Assembly (NCBI RefSeq): GCF_006345805.1
Contig: NW_021834877.1
Location: forward strand, 1 to 44,711
Source: Octopus sinensis
Lineage: Eukaryota
DNA: 44,711 nt
Reading direction: 5' to 3'
The number at the start of each line of letters is the position of its first letter. The stretch's first letter is position 1. Below the pieces are notes generated by a model that saw nothing but the letters and a program-made list of their open reading frames with translations, was not told the DNA's origin and ran no database searches. Made by a program: the position numbers and the translations under genes. Positions 25,535 through 37,497 of the stretch are shown here, piece after piece.

Positions 25535-25597
25535 CACCTGAAGAATGACTGTAACTCGAATTTTTACGAATTGGACAGCCATGAAACGATCGTAGTG
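25535..25597 (+). ncRNA. Type-I hammerhead ribozyme motif
   Basis: CAC-CTGAAGA-ATGACTGT-AACTCGAATTTTTACGAATTGG-ACAGCCAT-GAAA-CGATCGT-A-GTG. Intact core, stem II 7/8 pairs plus extension, palindromic ACGATCGT stem III, GUA site, 3-bp stem I. Confidence 0.75.
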
Positions 25598-26484
25598 TTA
25601 TACTAATGATCTTTTTTTAATAATTTTGATATATATTTAAAATAATATAAATTAATTAATCTTATGTATTGGCTTAAGTTTTTCATTGTATGATTTGCCT
25701 AATAGTGGTTTTATCTCTAATTTAATATATAATATATATATATATATATATTCAAAGACTTCTGAAAATAATCATACACACTTCATTTGATATATATATA
25801 CATATACATATATATAAGCGTAACCGCACTTGGGCTATTCTTCCGTTTTCCCTTTGACTTCCATGTTTTTCCTGTATCCGAAGAAGAGCCTAGATGAAAA
25901 CGTAAAACAACTACTCTTGTCCTTGTCCGAGCGTCATATTAATATTTGCTTGTGTTACGTCCTCATGTTTGTTTGAATTTTCCTTGTTTTTCTTGTTTTT
26001 TAAAAAATTATATAATATATATATATAATATATTATATATATATATATATATATACATATGCATTCAGACATATATCATATATATGTGTATATCTATGTA
26101 TACATACATGCGTACATGTATGCATACAAGTATAAATATAAATACTTAATTATGTATATCCATATACATACATTGGAAATTATCTTTAAAATTATTTATT
26201 ACACAAAAATCGTTTTAAAAAAGTATATTTAAAGAGGACACATAAATACATACGCACACACACATATAAGCACATATATACATATATATTGTGTGTGACC
26301 GCGTGTGTACCTTTGGCGAATTTTTTCCTCTGTCTTCCCTTCTCTGGATCTTTCCTTCTCCCACGTTTCCGACGAAGAGCTCCACTCGAAACCTTAAACT
26401 CTCCTTCTTTCCTGAGCGTCCAATAATACTATATTTGTTCCACGTCCTCGCGTTGTTGTGTTTTTCTGTGCTTTCATGTTTGGA

Positions 26485-26535
<51 letters not shown>

Positions 26536-27395
26536 TGTACATCCTTACACACACACACATATCATATCTATGTAATACATATGTGTAATATACCGTATGT
26601 TAACGTGCACAAAGAACCCTCGTATATAAGGAATCCCCTAGTTTGGTGGGGGTCTTAAAAGTTGGAAAAAAGTGTGGTAATGGATTATAATACTATCCAT
26701 ATATAAGAAACTTCCATACTTTTAAACTTCATTTGTGACAAAAAAGGGTCCCTTATACACTTTAAAATATGCTATATGTGTATATAAGAGAGAGAGGTAG
26801 AGGGAGAGAGGTAGAGAGAGAGAGAGAGGTAGATAGAGAGAGAGACAGACAGACAGAGAGAGAAGTAGAGAGGGAGATAAAGACTAAGAAAAAGATGTAA
26901 ATTCATAAAGCATGTATACATATATACATGCAAATATATATATAATATATGACTTTTAGACTGCTTCTATGAAAAGAGGTCAATGGAAAGAAAGCTGTAG
27001 TACACCGTAAGAGCAACGGGGAAAGCCATACAGAGAAAATGCAGAAAGAGACAGAGAGAGAATGAATGCTTGTGTGTGAGAGAGGTTGATATCTGTAATA
27101 GCCAGGGTTGAGATTAACCTGTGAGGTTAAGTTAATAATTAAAGTGAAAATGAGAATACCAGCTTGATTTTCTTTTAGATGATGGAACGGTTGTGAGTTA
27201 TTAAAAGAAAGGATAGAGGTCGGCTTTTAATAATATTATCTGACTCATATCTGGAGATTAATAGAGGTATATTTTACTCTGTGTGTGTGTGTGTGTATGA
27301 AATATAACATTATAAATGGTTTTCATTTATTTTTAGTAGACGTGGGGCTTCGTTGTCAAAAGTACATCCTTGTTAATGATATATTATGCTTCACA

Positions 27396-27970
27396 AGGTA
27401 GTGAGCTGGCAGAAACGTTAGCACGCCGGGCGAAAGGCTTAGCGGTATTTCGTCTGCCGTTACGTTCTGAGTTCAAATTCCGCCGAGGTCGACTTTGCCT
27501 TTCATCCTTTCGGGGCCGATTAAATAAGTACCAGTTACGCACTGGGGTCGATATAATCGACTTAATCCGTTTGTCTGTCCTTGTTTATCCCTTCTGTGTT
27601 TAGCCCCTTGTGGGTAGTAAAGAAATGGGTATTTCGACTGCCGTTACGTTCTGGGTTCAAATTCCGGCGAGGTCGACTTTCATCCTTTCGGGGTCGATAA
27701 ACTAAGTACCAGTTACGCACTGAGATCGATATAATCGACTTAATCCGCTTGTCTGTTCTTGTTTGTCCTCTCTGTGTTTAGCTCCTTGTGGGTAGTAAAG
27801 AAATAGGTATTTCGTCTATCTTTACGTTCTGAGTTCAAATTCCGCCGAGGTGGACTTTATCTTTCATCGATTCGGGGTCGATAAATTATGTACCACTTGC
27901 GTACTGGGATCGATCTAATCGAATGGCCCACTCCCCCAAAATTTTGGGTCTCGTGCCTAGAGTAGAAAAA
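27396..27970 (+). mobile_element. SINE family C head followed by a three-unit tandem array (period ~178 bp)
   Basis: Units restart at GGTATTTCG at 27627 and 27805, each after GTAGTAAAGAAAT; the third unit has a different 3' end. Confidence 0.9.
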
Positions 27971-28381
27971 GATATATTAGGCTTTACAATTCCTAATAGA
28001 TGCATGGGACTACTTAAACGATGTACTTATTTTCTAGGAGAAACGTGGAAGGTAGTTTAAAATCAAGTCATTTCCATACAGGTAGATAGTCTGGTAGTTC
28101 CGGAAAAAAGTGGGGAGAAATCACCAAAGCCAAAGAGTGTGGAACCACGGAAAATATAACTATTGGGTCATCACATAAATAATGCGGTTTTTCTATTCCA
28201 TGAACTAAAAGTCAGAGTGGGACGGGATAAACAACCTGCATAAACTTATTATAAAAGCAGTTAGTAATTTTACCTTGCCCTTATTCTTAGTGGAAGTTTT
28301 GAAGGGTGCAGATCGATTTTAACAGTCATTTTTCAAAGCTATAATGGAAGTGGCAAAGTAGCATATTCGGTATATTTTACT

Positions 28382-28450
<69 letters not shown>

Positions 28451-28453
<3 letters not shown>

Positions 28454-29637
28454 GCTACCTGATTCACAGAAAAGCCTTCTTATATTATTCGACAGAAGTG
28501 GTCCATATCAGTTATTTTAGAAATTTCTGATATTGGTTTTCTGACATACAAAGGTTATATATACAACGTAGTGAAGGTGGTAGAGGACTTATACTTATTC
28601 TGGTTTTCTCTCCCACCCTTCTCTAATCTTCGCTTATCCCCTTCATCGTTCCCGGTCTCTTACTCCTCCTCCTCTCTCTCGTCACTGACACGTGACCAGA
28701 GGGAAGCCATCTTTCTGAATGCTATCTTCACCGAGACAAGAAAAGATAGATAGATAGATAAAACTTACTTGGAAAAGAATGTGTGGAGTTCGATCATAAC
28801 ATAAACAATATATAAATATATGCATATATACATACATATATGTAAGTACCTACATCTATATGTATATATACATGCATATATCGGTACAGGACGCGAAAAA
28901 AAATGGTTGAACACAATGAGAAACGAAAACATAAAAACAAAAACATGGAAACAAACTTAGTTTCAAACAACAAAAAAAAACAAAGTACAAGACATACAAC
29001 ACAAGGAATATTCCTCTTCTTCAGTTGTCCCTGTTTCGTCTACTCCGCGTTCGAAGGTAAGGACAAGACGCGACTTCGTTGAAACAATCCTTCCCGCAAA
29101 GCAAATTAAATAAAATTTTGGATTTTTTGCGGAGGGGTAAAAGTGGTAACTAGAACAGGACAGTAAAAACAAAACGACTGTAAAAACAATACAAATAAAA
29201 ACAATACAAATAAAAACAGTAAAATACAGGACAAGGAGAATAACACAGTAAAAACAAACGATGAGGGTTGTTAAATCAAGACGATGGAAAAATTATTTTG
29301 AACGCATTAAGGAGACAGCTTATAAGAAGGACAGGATAATCCGTCTTGTCTCGGTGAAGATAGCACTCAGAAAGATGGCTTCCCCCTGGTCCCGTGTCAG
29401 TGACGAGAGAGAGGAGGAGGAGTAAGAGAGCGGGTACGATGAAGGGGAGAGGCGAAGAATAGGGAAGGGTGGGAGAGAAAACCAGAATAAGTTTGAGTCC
29501 TCTACCACCTTCACTACGTTGTATATATAACCTTTGTATGTCAGAAAACCAATATCAGAAATTTCTAAAATAACTGTGATATGGACCACTTCTGTCGAAA
29601 AATACAAGAAGGCTTTTCTGTGAAATCAGGCAGCCTT
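28451..29637. repeat. ~290-bp inverted duplication (arms 28451-28740 and ~29347-29637) with ~600-bp spacer
   Basis: AAGGCTACCTGATTCACAGAAAAGCC...CTTCACCGAGACAAGA is matched in reverse complement with about 14 differences, counted by eye. Confidence 0.92.
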
Positions 29638-30205
29638 TCAGTATAGCGTCATGTCCCTTCGGTAACATCTGATGACCAAGAGTGAAGGCTCGCCAAGCTG
29701 ATGTTGCATATAATATCATGAGATTTGAGAAGAGAGCTTCTTGGAAAGGATTCGTCGATTGACGACTAGGGAATACACATCCAAGAATTTGTGTGTACAT
29801 ATCGTTGAGTCTGTGATCGTGTGTATAAATGTGTTGGTAAAGTTATTTATTGAGCATGAATTCAGCTAAGTACAATTTTAAGGATTAAATCATGAAATGT
29901 CACAAAGACCTAAAGAGAAAAAAACGATTTTCGACAAATAAAAACGATCTTAGATAAAAAAAAAAACCAAAAAAAAGGAGGCAGGATTTTTTATCTTAGC
30001 AGGGCACAGTTTTTATAAATATTGTTGTTAGAGAAAGGTAATCTCTTGCATAGTAATCATTCCACGATGCATTCAGATTTTCCATGTTTATTCAACCAGC
30101 ATTTGGAAATTGTTATTTTGCTATATATAAATATTGGCATTAGAAATCCACCCTTTGCCTGCTAGCTATCTGTTTTAACTTCCATGTAATCTCTCTCTCT
30201 CTCTG

Positions 30206-30282
<77 letters not shown>

Positions 30283-30454
30283 GTGTATTTATGTATGTAT
30301 ATATATATATGTGTATTTATGTATGTATATTATATATATGTGTGTGTGTGTGGTGTGTGTGTGTGTGTGTGTATATATATGTGTGTATTTATGTATGTAT
30401 ATATATATATAATATATATATACAAACACACACACATATATATATATATGTATA

Positions 30455-30530
<76 letters not shown>

Positions 30531-31136
30531 ATATACATATATATATATAGATGAGTGTATATATTATATATACATATATATATATATAATGTATATATAA
30601 ATATGTAGTGTATGTGTGTGTATGTGCGTGTGTGTAATCTGAAATCAGACCAGACTTCCCAAGAAGTAAAGATTTATGAAAGAACTCAATGAATAAGAAA
30701 ATATTTTTCACTATCAGAGAAGTGATATATCAAGTATTTGATGCAAGCTTCTTTATAGAACTCTAATGTAAGTTCTTCATTATGTAAATCAAAATGCTTA
30801 CAGTCAAACATTAACTTGCACAGGTCTGACGCACAGGAAATTAATGGCGGATTCAAGCACCCTTCTGCGCTCGTCATAGGCTGGCAGCAGAATGTCTATT
30901 AAACAGAATAGCATTGGAAACGTATATAATGTAAATAATAGATAATAATAGTAAGAAATATGCTAAATCAAGAGATCACAGCCACAAGCCACCATTTATA
31001 TATCGTGAAAATAGTTAAAACATTGTAAAAGTTTCATATGTATTATACATTTTCAATTATATACATAAGCATACGCACACATAAATCTATGCTTATGATA
31101 TAGATGCACAAAAATGACATATTTAAATATATATAT

Positions 31137-31197
<61 letters not shown>

Positions 31198-31198
<1 letters not shown>

Positions 31199-31594
31199 CT
31201 GTTTTACTCGTTTACTTGTTTCAGTCATTTGACTGCGGCCATGCTGGAGCACCGCCTTTAGTCGAGCAAATCGACCCCGGGACTTATTCTTTGTAAGCCC
31301 AGTACTTATTCTATTGGTCTCTTTTGCCGAACCACTAAGTGACGGGGACGTAAACACACCAGCATCGGTTGTCAAGCAATGCTAGAGGGACAAACACAGA
31401 CACACAAACACATACACACACATACATATATATGAGAGGCTTCTTTCAGTTTCCGTCTACCAAATCCACTCACAAGGCTTTGGTCAGCCCGAGGTTATAG
31501 TAAAAGACACTTGCCCAAGATGCCACGCAGTGGGACTGAATCGGAACCATGTGGTTGGTTAGCAAGCTACTTACCACACAACCACTCCTGCGCT
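31198..31594 (-). mobile_element. SINE family B, full length
   Basis: Reverse complement of 16278-16686 at high identity, including the internal microsatellite. Confidence 0.92.
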
Positions 31595-31608
31595 TATATA
31601 TATATATA

Positions 31609-31681
<73 letters not shown>

Positions 31682-33104
31682 GCTTGCATAGAAATATATA
31701 TATTTACAAATATGAATGCATACATGGATTCATAAATCTATGTGTACGTTACATACACACAGATATACATATTCCCTTTAATACCATGACAAAGCACATA
31801 AGTGTAAAAGAAGACGATCTCATATCATTCAAACGGTTCCAGGATAAATATTTCCGACCAATTCCGAATAAACTACCATCACCCGGACATATCTCTGCAA
31901 AGAATAGCTAGAATGGTTTGCGGAACCCAAAGTATAGGTGTAATATGAAGCATCATTAAATATCTTTTCCGGATTGTACAATTAAGTTAGTCAAGGCCTG
32001 GGGCCAATTTCCGCCGGAAATTATCTAAGTATCTCAGTAAACACGGGAAATAAATATAACATATATAGGAACGAATGTATGTTATATGTCAGGCTGAGTA
32101 AAAAGTAAGCAACATTGTAATAGATACTCCCCAAAGACTCCACAGACTGGTATTGAACCCGAGACCCCATGATTGCTAAACACCATACCTTATCATGTTG
32201 TATCCGTCAATACCTACCTACATAAACTCATACGCGTATGAATGCATAAGTCCATTCACATACTGTGCAAGAACAATCACCATACACACTCTCGCTCAGA
32301 TACACACACAAACTTCCACATACGTAAACGCATCGAACCACATTCAACCCACTTAGACACACAAATACATATCCATGCATAATCAACCAATCATAATTCC
32401 AATCTCATTGTGCTCCTATTTTGTGTCTGACAATGCTTTTGCACTCGATAGACTCGCGTATGTTATTTACAACGCAACACACTTCGCTTATCATAAGTTA
32501 CAGTAACGAATACTATATTTGCAGTAAAATATTGCTTATCCAAATTATTCTATATAGAAAGACTCATGCGAAAGTAGGTTTCCTCGGAACAGTTATTGTA
32601 TTTGTGTTCACCGTTATTTGACCAAGAACATTGTTCTACAGAATGAATTATGTTTCGATGAAATTATTACCAAGGAATTTTTATCGGTAAGTTCTTTTTT
32701 CATAAGTGATTAGCGAAGTACATTCGCTTTCAGAACTCATATGAAACACGAATAATCATGAATAAATATATATCTAGATTCTATATCACTCTCTATTTAT
32801 GTGTGTGCATGTGTGTGTGTGTGAATGTGTGTGTCCATTTGCGTGAGCGTGGTGAATGCACGTGTGTGCATGTACACGTACGTACAGTGTATTTAAACGC
32901 TTATTTCTGTCGAGCGAAGGAAATATATGGTTCGTTAAAACTGACTTCTTTTCTCAAGTGCTCAACTTTCAGACAACTACGATCGCTTATATCAGAAAAT
33001 AATAACTGTTTATATTATAGGCAAAAGGCCACTAATTTTGAGGAATATTAGTAAAAATATCGACCGCAGTATTAGATTGGCACCGTATCTTATTTACCCC
33101 AAAT

Positions 33105-33410
33105 GGAGGCCCATGGCCTAGGGGTTAGAGCAGCGAACTCGCGGTCGAGTCGAGAGATCGCGGGTTCGAATCTCATACCGGGCGATGTGTGTGTTTATGA
33201 TTGAAACACCTAAGCTCCACGCGGCTCCGGCAGAAGGTAATGTCGAACGTCTGCTGTCTCTTTCGCCACAACTTTCTCTCACTCTTTCCTCCTCCATCTT
33301 GCAGCTCACCTGCGACGGACCGGCGTCCCGTCCAGGTGGGGAATCTATACGCCAAGGAAACCGGGAAACCGGCCCTTATGAGCCAGGCGTGGCTCGAGAA
33401 GGAACAAATG
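33105..33410 (+). mobile_element. SINE family A
   Basis: GGAGGCCCATGGCCTAGGGGTTAG...GGGTTCGAATCTC B-box; tail CCTGCGACGGACCGGCGTCCCGTCC...GGAAACCGGCCCTTATGAGCC. Confidence 0.9.
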
Positions 33411-34173
33411 GATCAAAGGCAAAGTTGACTTTCGCAGGATTCAGAAAGCCAAAAGCCCAAGGAATACCGCAAGACATTTTATGCAACACTTGAATTATTC
33501 TGCCATTACTGGCGTCCAGTTCGCAACACTAGAAACATACATGATGAAGGCATGAATCTCTTCTCCATTGTTTTTAATGTTGGTTGTAGGATTGATATCG
33601 AGGCAGTACAAACCACAGTGGGGAAATGAACGCCAGTGTACATATGATGGCGCTACCATTGTATGGTTTATTTGCGATGCCACCTTTAGAGTCGAAACAT
33701 GGTGAAAGCAAAACGTTCCACCTAGTATGGCTCAATTAATAATTCCGGCAATCTTGACTGAGCATCAAAGACAAAAATAGGCCCCAAACTTTGTATATTA
33801 CAGAGATTAGTCTCAAGAAATCTTCTTTTGAAGTAGGACAGGGGCTGATTCTAACGATCAGAAAGCAGACAATTATGAACTAGAGCTGTATCAATGCAGC
33901 AACCTAAATTCTTTCTAAGAGGGATTTTGGAATCGGGGCTTAGCTGAGACAGGAAATAACAGGTATCGACAAATGCATTTTGGTCACAATAATGTTTTTT
34001 CGAAGCCGTTATGGCTTCTTGAAGTCTTTCTATATAAATTATTTTCGCTTCTTTAACAGTTGGGTGATAGCACGCGATTGTTCCTGAGATTAATCCTGTT
34101 TTAAATTGGAACTGGTTTCACTTGTCACCAGGCGGTTGTTCTATTTATATCCTTATTCATTTTTAACCACCTG

Positions 34174-34311
<138 letters not shown>

Positions 34312-34356
34312 TTGTCTGTCTGTCTCTCTGTCTCTCTGTCTTTCTGTCTATCTATC

Positions 34357-34387
<31 letters not shown>

Positions 34388-35304
34388 TTCTCTCTCTCTA
34401 TCTCAGTACGCATACATACACACATATGTGCGTGAATCTACATATGTGAAAAACTGTCTTATTGTGTGTGTATATGTGTGTATATATGTATTTGTGTGTG
34501 CGCGCATGTGTGTTTACGTGTGTGTGTCTGTGTGTGTTCGTGTGTGTATGTATATATGTATATATATATGTGTGTACACACATATATATAATATATATGT
34601 ACACACACATAACATAATACAAAGGAGAAACAGAGAACAAGAAAGCATGAGAGAGAGAGGGAGAGAGAGCGTGACAGAAGCAACACAACGAGAGAGAGTA
34701 AGAGAGAGAAAATAAACAGAAAAATAGAGAGAGAGCGAGCGAGAGAGAGAGAGGGCGAGAGGGAGCTTGCGAGAAGAGAAAGTAACGATGATAGAAAATG
34801 GTATATTTGTTTATGAGATCAAAAGATTTGATGGTGGAAGTTAGTCTTTAAAGAAGTATTGAAACATGGGAATGGGGTTGGTGGTTATACAAAACTACAG
34901 GAATAAATGAATATAGAAAAAAAACAGTGATAAAACCATAACAAAAGAAATGTACAGACTCGACAGGAAGAGAAAATTTAGTTTGATGCAGGACCTTCCA
35001 TCAATTATTCGATTTTGGAGGCGATATTAACCCCTTCGACCTGGCATAATACAAATATCGAGCTGAGCTTTTTACTGCTTCGGGACATAGCTGTCAGCTT
35101 GCAGTCACAGATACATAGTCTATCAAATTACACTTTTCAACACATTAATGATGAAGCTACTTTCATATTAAGCGGAATATTTGATTAGTAATATCGTTAA
35201 AAGGACTTTAGCTATACATTTTTGTTTGCTAACCATTATTTTCATACCTCACATAATTTCTGTCTGTGTGTTTCTCTCTCTCTGTCTCTCTGTCTCTCTC
35301 TTTC

Positions 35305-35380
<76 letters not shown>

Positions 35381-35431
35381 TGTGTGTGAGTATATATATG
35401 TATATAGATATATGTGTGTATATATATATGT

Positions 35432-35485
<54 letters not shown>

Positions 35486-35763
35486 TATATATACAACGTT
35501 CAGAGAGGAGAGAGAGAGAGAGAGAGAGACTGAGAGAATGTGCGTGTGTGTGAGAGAGAGAGAGAAGGAGAGAGAGAGAGGGAGGGGAGAAATAGAAATA
35601 ACTCAGCGTAAGGTAGCATAAATCTCTCCATGGCCTACTTCCGAAAGAAATGGTTTCCTCGTGTCCGAATGCATTCTATGTATTAAAAATGAATTTACAT
35701 CACTCAACGGTGTGTTGTGCAACGCTTTATACACACACACACACACACACAAACACACACACT

Positions 35764-35805
<42 letters not shown>

Positions 35806-36360
35806 ATATATATATTGTTGAATAGGCAGTATACATATTTTTATGCGCTACTAATAGTTTTTTTAAAGCTGAGAACATGCCAAATAATGAATTATAACAT
35901 GTGTAGCATCCCAGCACAGTCATCAGGCACAAACCACATAGTATAACGAACTAGAAATTCATTGAGAGAAGAAACGCGAAATCTGAGAAGAAAGCGTATA
36001 GAAAGTGTAGAAGACTAAAAAGATAGAAAACGAAAAAAATAAGTAAAAAAAGTAAAAGAGTTATTTCCCATAGACCTTAAATTATAAGGTTGAAAAAAAA
36101 ATTATTCAGGTATAGGCGGAATTTTAAAACCAGGTAGCTAATATTAATAACAATGTCTAACCAGTTTTTCTTTAAAGAAATTTTCGAGAATGCAGAACCC
36201 CTGCTATAACAATGCACCAGCCAATAGTAGCGTCAACGATGGATTAATATATAATTCCTCTAGTATTAATCAGAATAATGATAATAATAGACTTAGTAGC
36301 TTTAAAGGTAAAGTAATAGATAACCCGACTAATATTAATCTGAATAGTAATAGACCTAAA

Positions 36361-36775
36361 AATAGACCAAGGAAAATTATTTGGTTCGCCCCACCCTTTT
36401 CTCTTAATGTAAAATGTAAAATAGGTAAAAGATTCTTGTCTCTCCTAGGCAAGTATTTTCCAGCAACTTAGAAGTACAACAAATTATCTAATTGGCGTTC
36501 TGTGAAATTATGATATAGCTGTTGCCCCAATACGAAGAGTATTATTACAGGAGGTCAACACCAAGAGCCTAAATCCAGTTGCAAATGTCGCGGCCCAGGA
36601 TCCTGTTCATTTGATCAACGATGTATGATTTAATATGTCATATATGAGGCAGAGGTTACTGCAACGCTAGATGATAATACAACCAATAAAAGACCGATAT
36701 TGGATTATGTGAAGAATTTAAAAATCACTATGCTAATCACATAGATTCTTTCTGACGTAAGGACAAAAGCAAAAC
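36361..36775 (+). pseudogene. Decayed Penelope-like element: RT-thumb/linker plus C-terminal GIY-YIG endonuclease
   Basis: One frame with stops: [59 protein letters not shown]...SCKCRGPGSCSFDQRCMI*YVIYEAEV, then a frameshift to DIGLCEEFKNHYANHIDSF. Fits the PLE pattern WFNPPY...SYSCxPN...CxC...C...C...VIY...YIG...FKxRYxNH. Confidence 0.85.
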
Positions 36776-36796
36776 TGTATATGGCACAATTCGGCG

Positions 36797-37482
36797 CATT
36801 CTTGCAGTATATAGGCATAATAACTGTTTGTGTCCTTAAACCCTTCGATCTGGCATAATACAAATATCGAGCTGAGCTTTTATTTATACCCTATACAGTT
36901 ATATATCTTTATAAATGGATTTTACTTGAAAGGCTTTTTATGCTAGCCAGTGATAAAATTCATCAATTTTTAATGACTTTACCTTCTAATTATGTTTTAA
37001 TATAACCCATTCACTTCGGGCGAGTTCATTTACCTCCGCACTATACTGATCAAATACACACGTGTTGATGTAGACTCCGAGATTCGATGCGTATATATCT
37101 GAGAATATTTATGCGTACTCGCATTTTTGCGTGTGCTTTACTGAGGGTATGTATGAATATTTTCATTTATGTCGCCTAGGGTGTTTTGCTGACGAAGGGA
37201 AAGTTTTATAAACTAATCCAGAAATTGATCAATCGAAAACTAACTCAGTTTCCCGCCTACAATTTGTATATTTAATCGAGGAGTGAATGTTTTTGAAGTG
37301 GCAGGACGTATTGAGCACATTCTTTCAGCATAGATGCATAACTTTTTGCACCCTTAAATATGATTATACTCTATACAGTTATATATCTCTATAAATGTAT
37401 TTTATCTAAAAGGTTTTTATATGCTGGCCATTGATAAAACTCATTAATTTTAATGAATATATCCTCTAATTATTTCTTTTAT
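36797..37482 (+). repeat. Diverged direct repeats (36797-37000 and 37318-37482) bracketing a hammerhead; probable PLE pseudo-LTR/tail
   Basis: CATTCTT-CAG-ATA...CCTTAAA and CTATACAGTTATATATCT-TATAAATG-ATTTTA... occur twice; the CTATACAGTT copies are 480 bp apart (36891, 37371). Confidence 0.75.
37183..37240 (+). ncRNA. Type-I hammerhead ribozyme motif
   Basis: GTTTTG-CTGACGA-AG-GGA-A-AGTTT-TAT-AAACT-AA-TCC-A-GAAA-TTGATCAAT-C-GAAAAC. Intact core, palindromic ATTGATCAAT stem III, AUC site, stem I GTTTT/AAAAC with a G-G junction mismatch; the base of stem II is unpaired. Confidence 0.65.
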
Positions 37483-37497
37483 ATGTGTAGAGACATC

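Noticed and set aside
27396-27970. CRISPR-like array or prokaryotic system
   Set aside because: Units are 178-bp SINE bodies without unique spacers; the window is eukaryotic repeat DNA with no cas-like ORFs.
29000-29040. Minus-strand GAAAC...CTGAAGA-AG-AGGA-ATAT-TCCT as a permuted hammerhead
   Set aside because: No stem III/UH between GAAA and CUGA, and no GAAA after the hairpin.
35895-35932. Minus-strand CTGATGA...ACATGT-T motif upstream of the PLE relic
   Set aside because: GAAA is missing and stem II is unconvincing; possibly a decayed HHR but unsupported.
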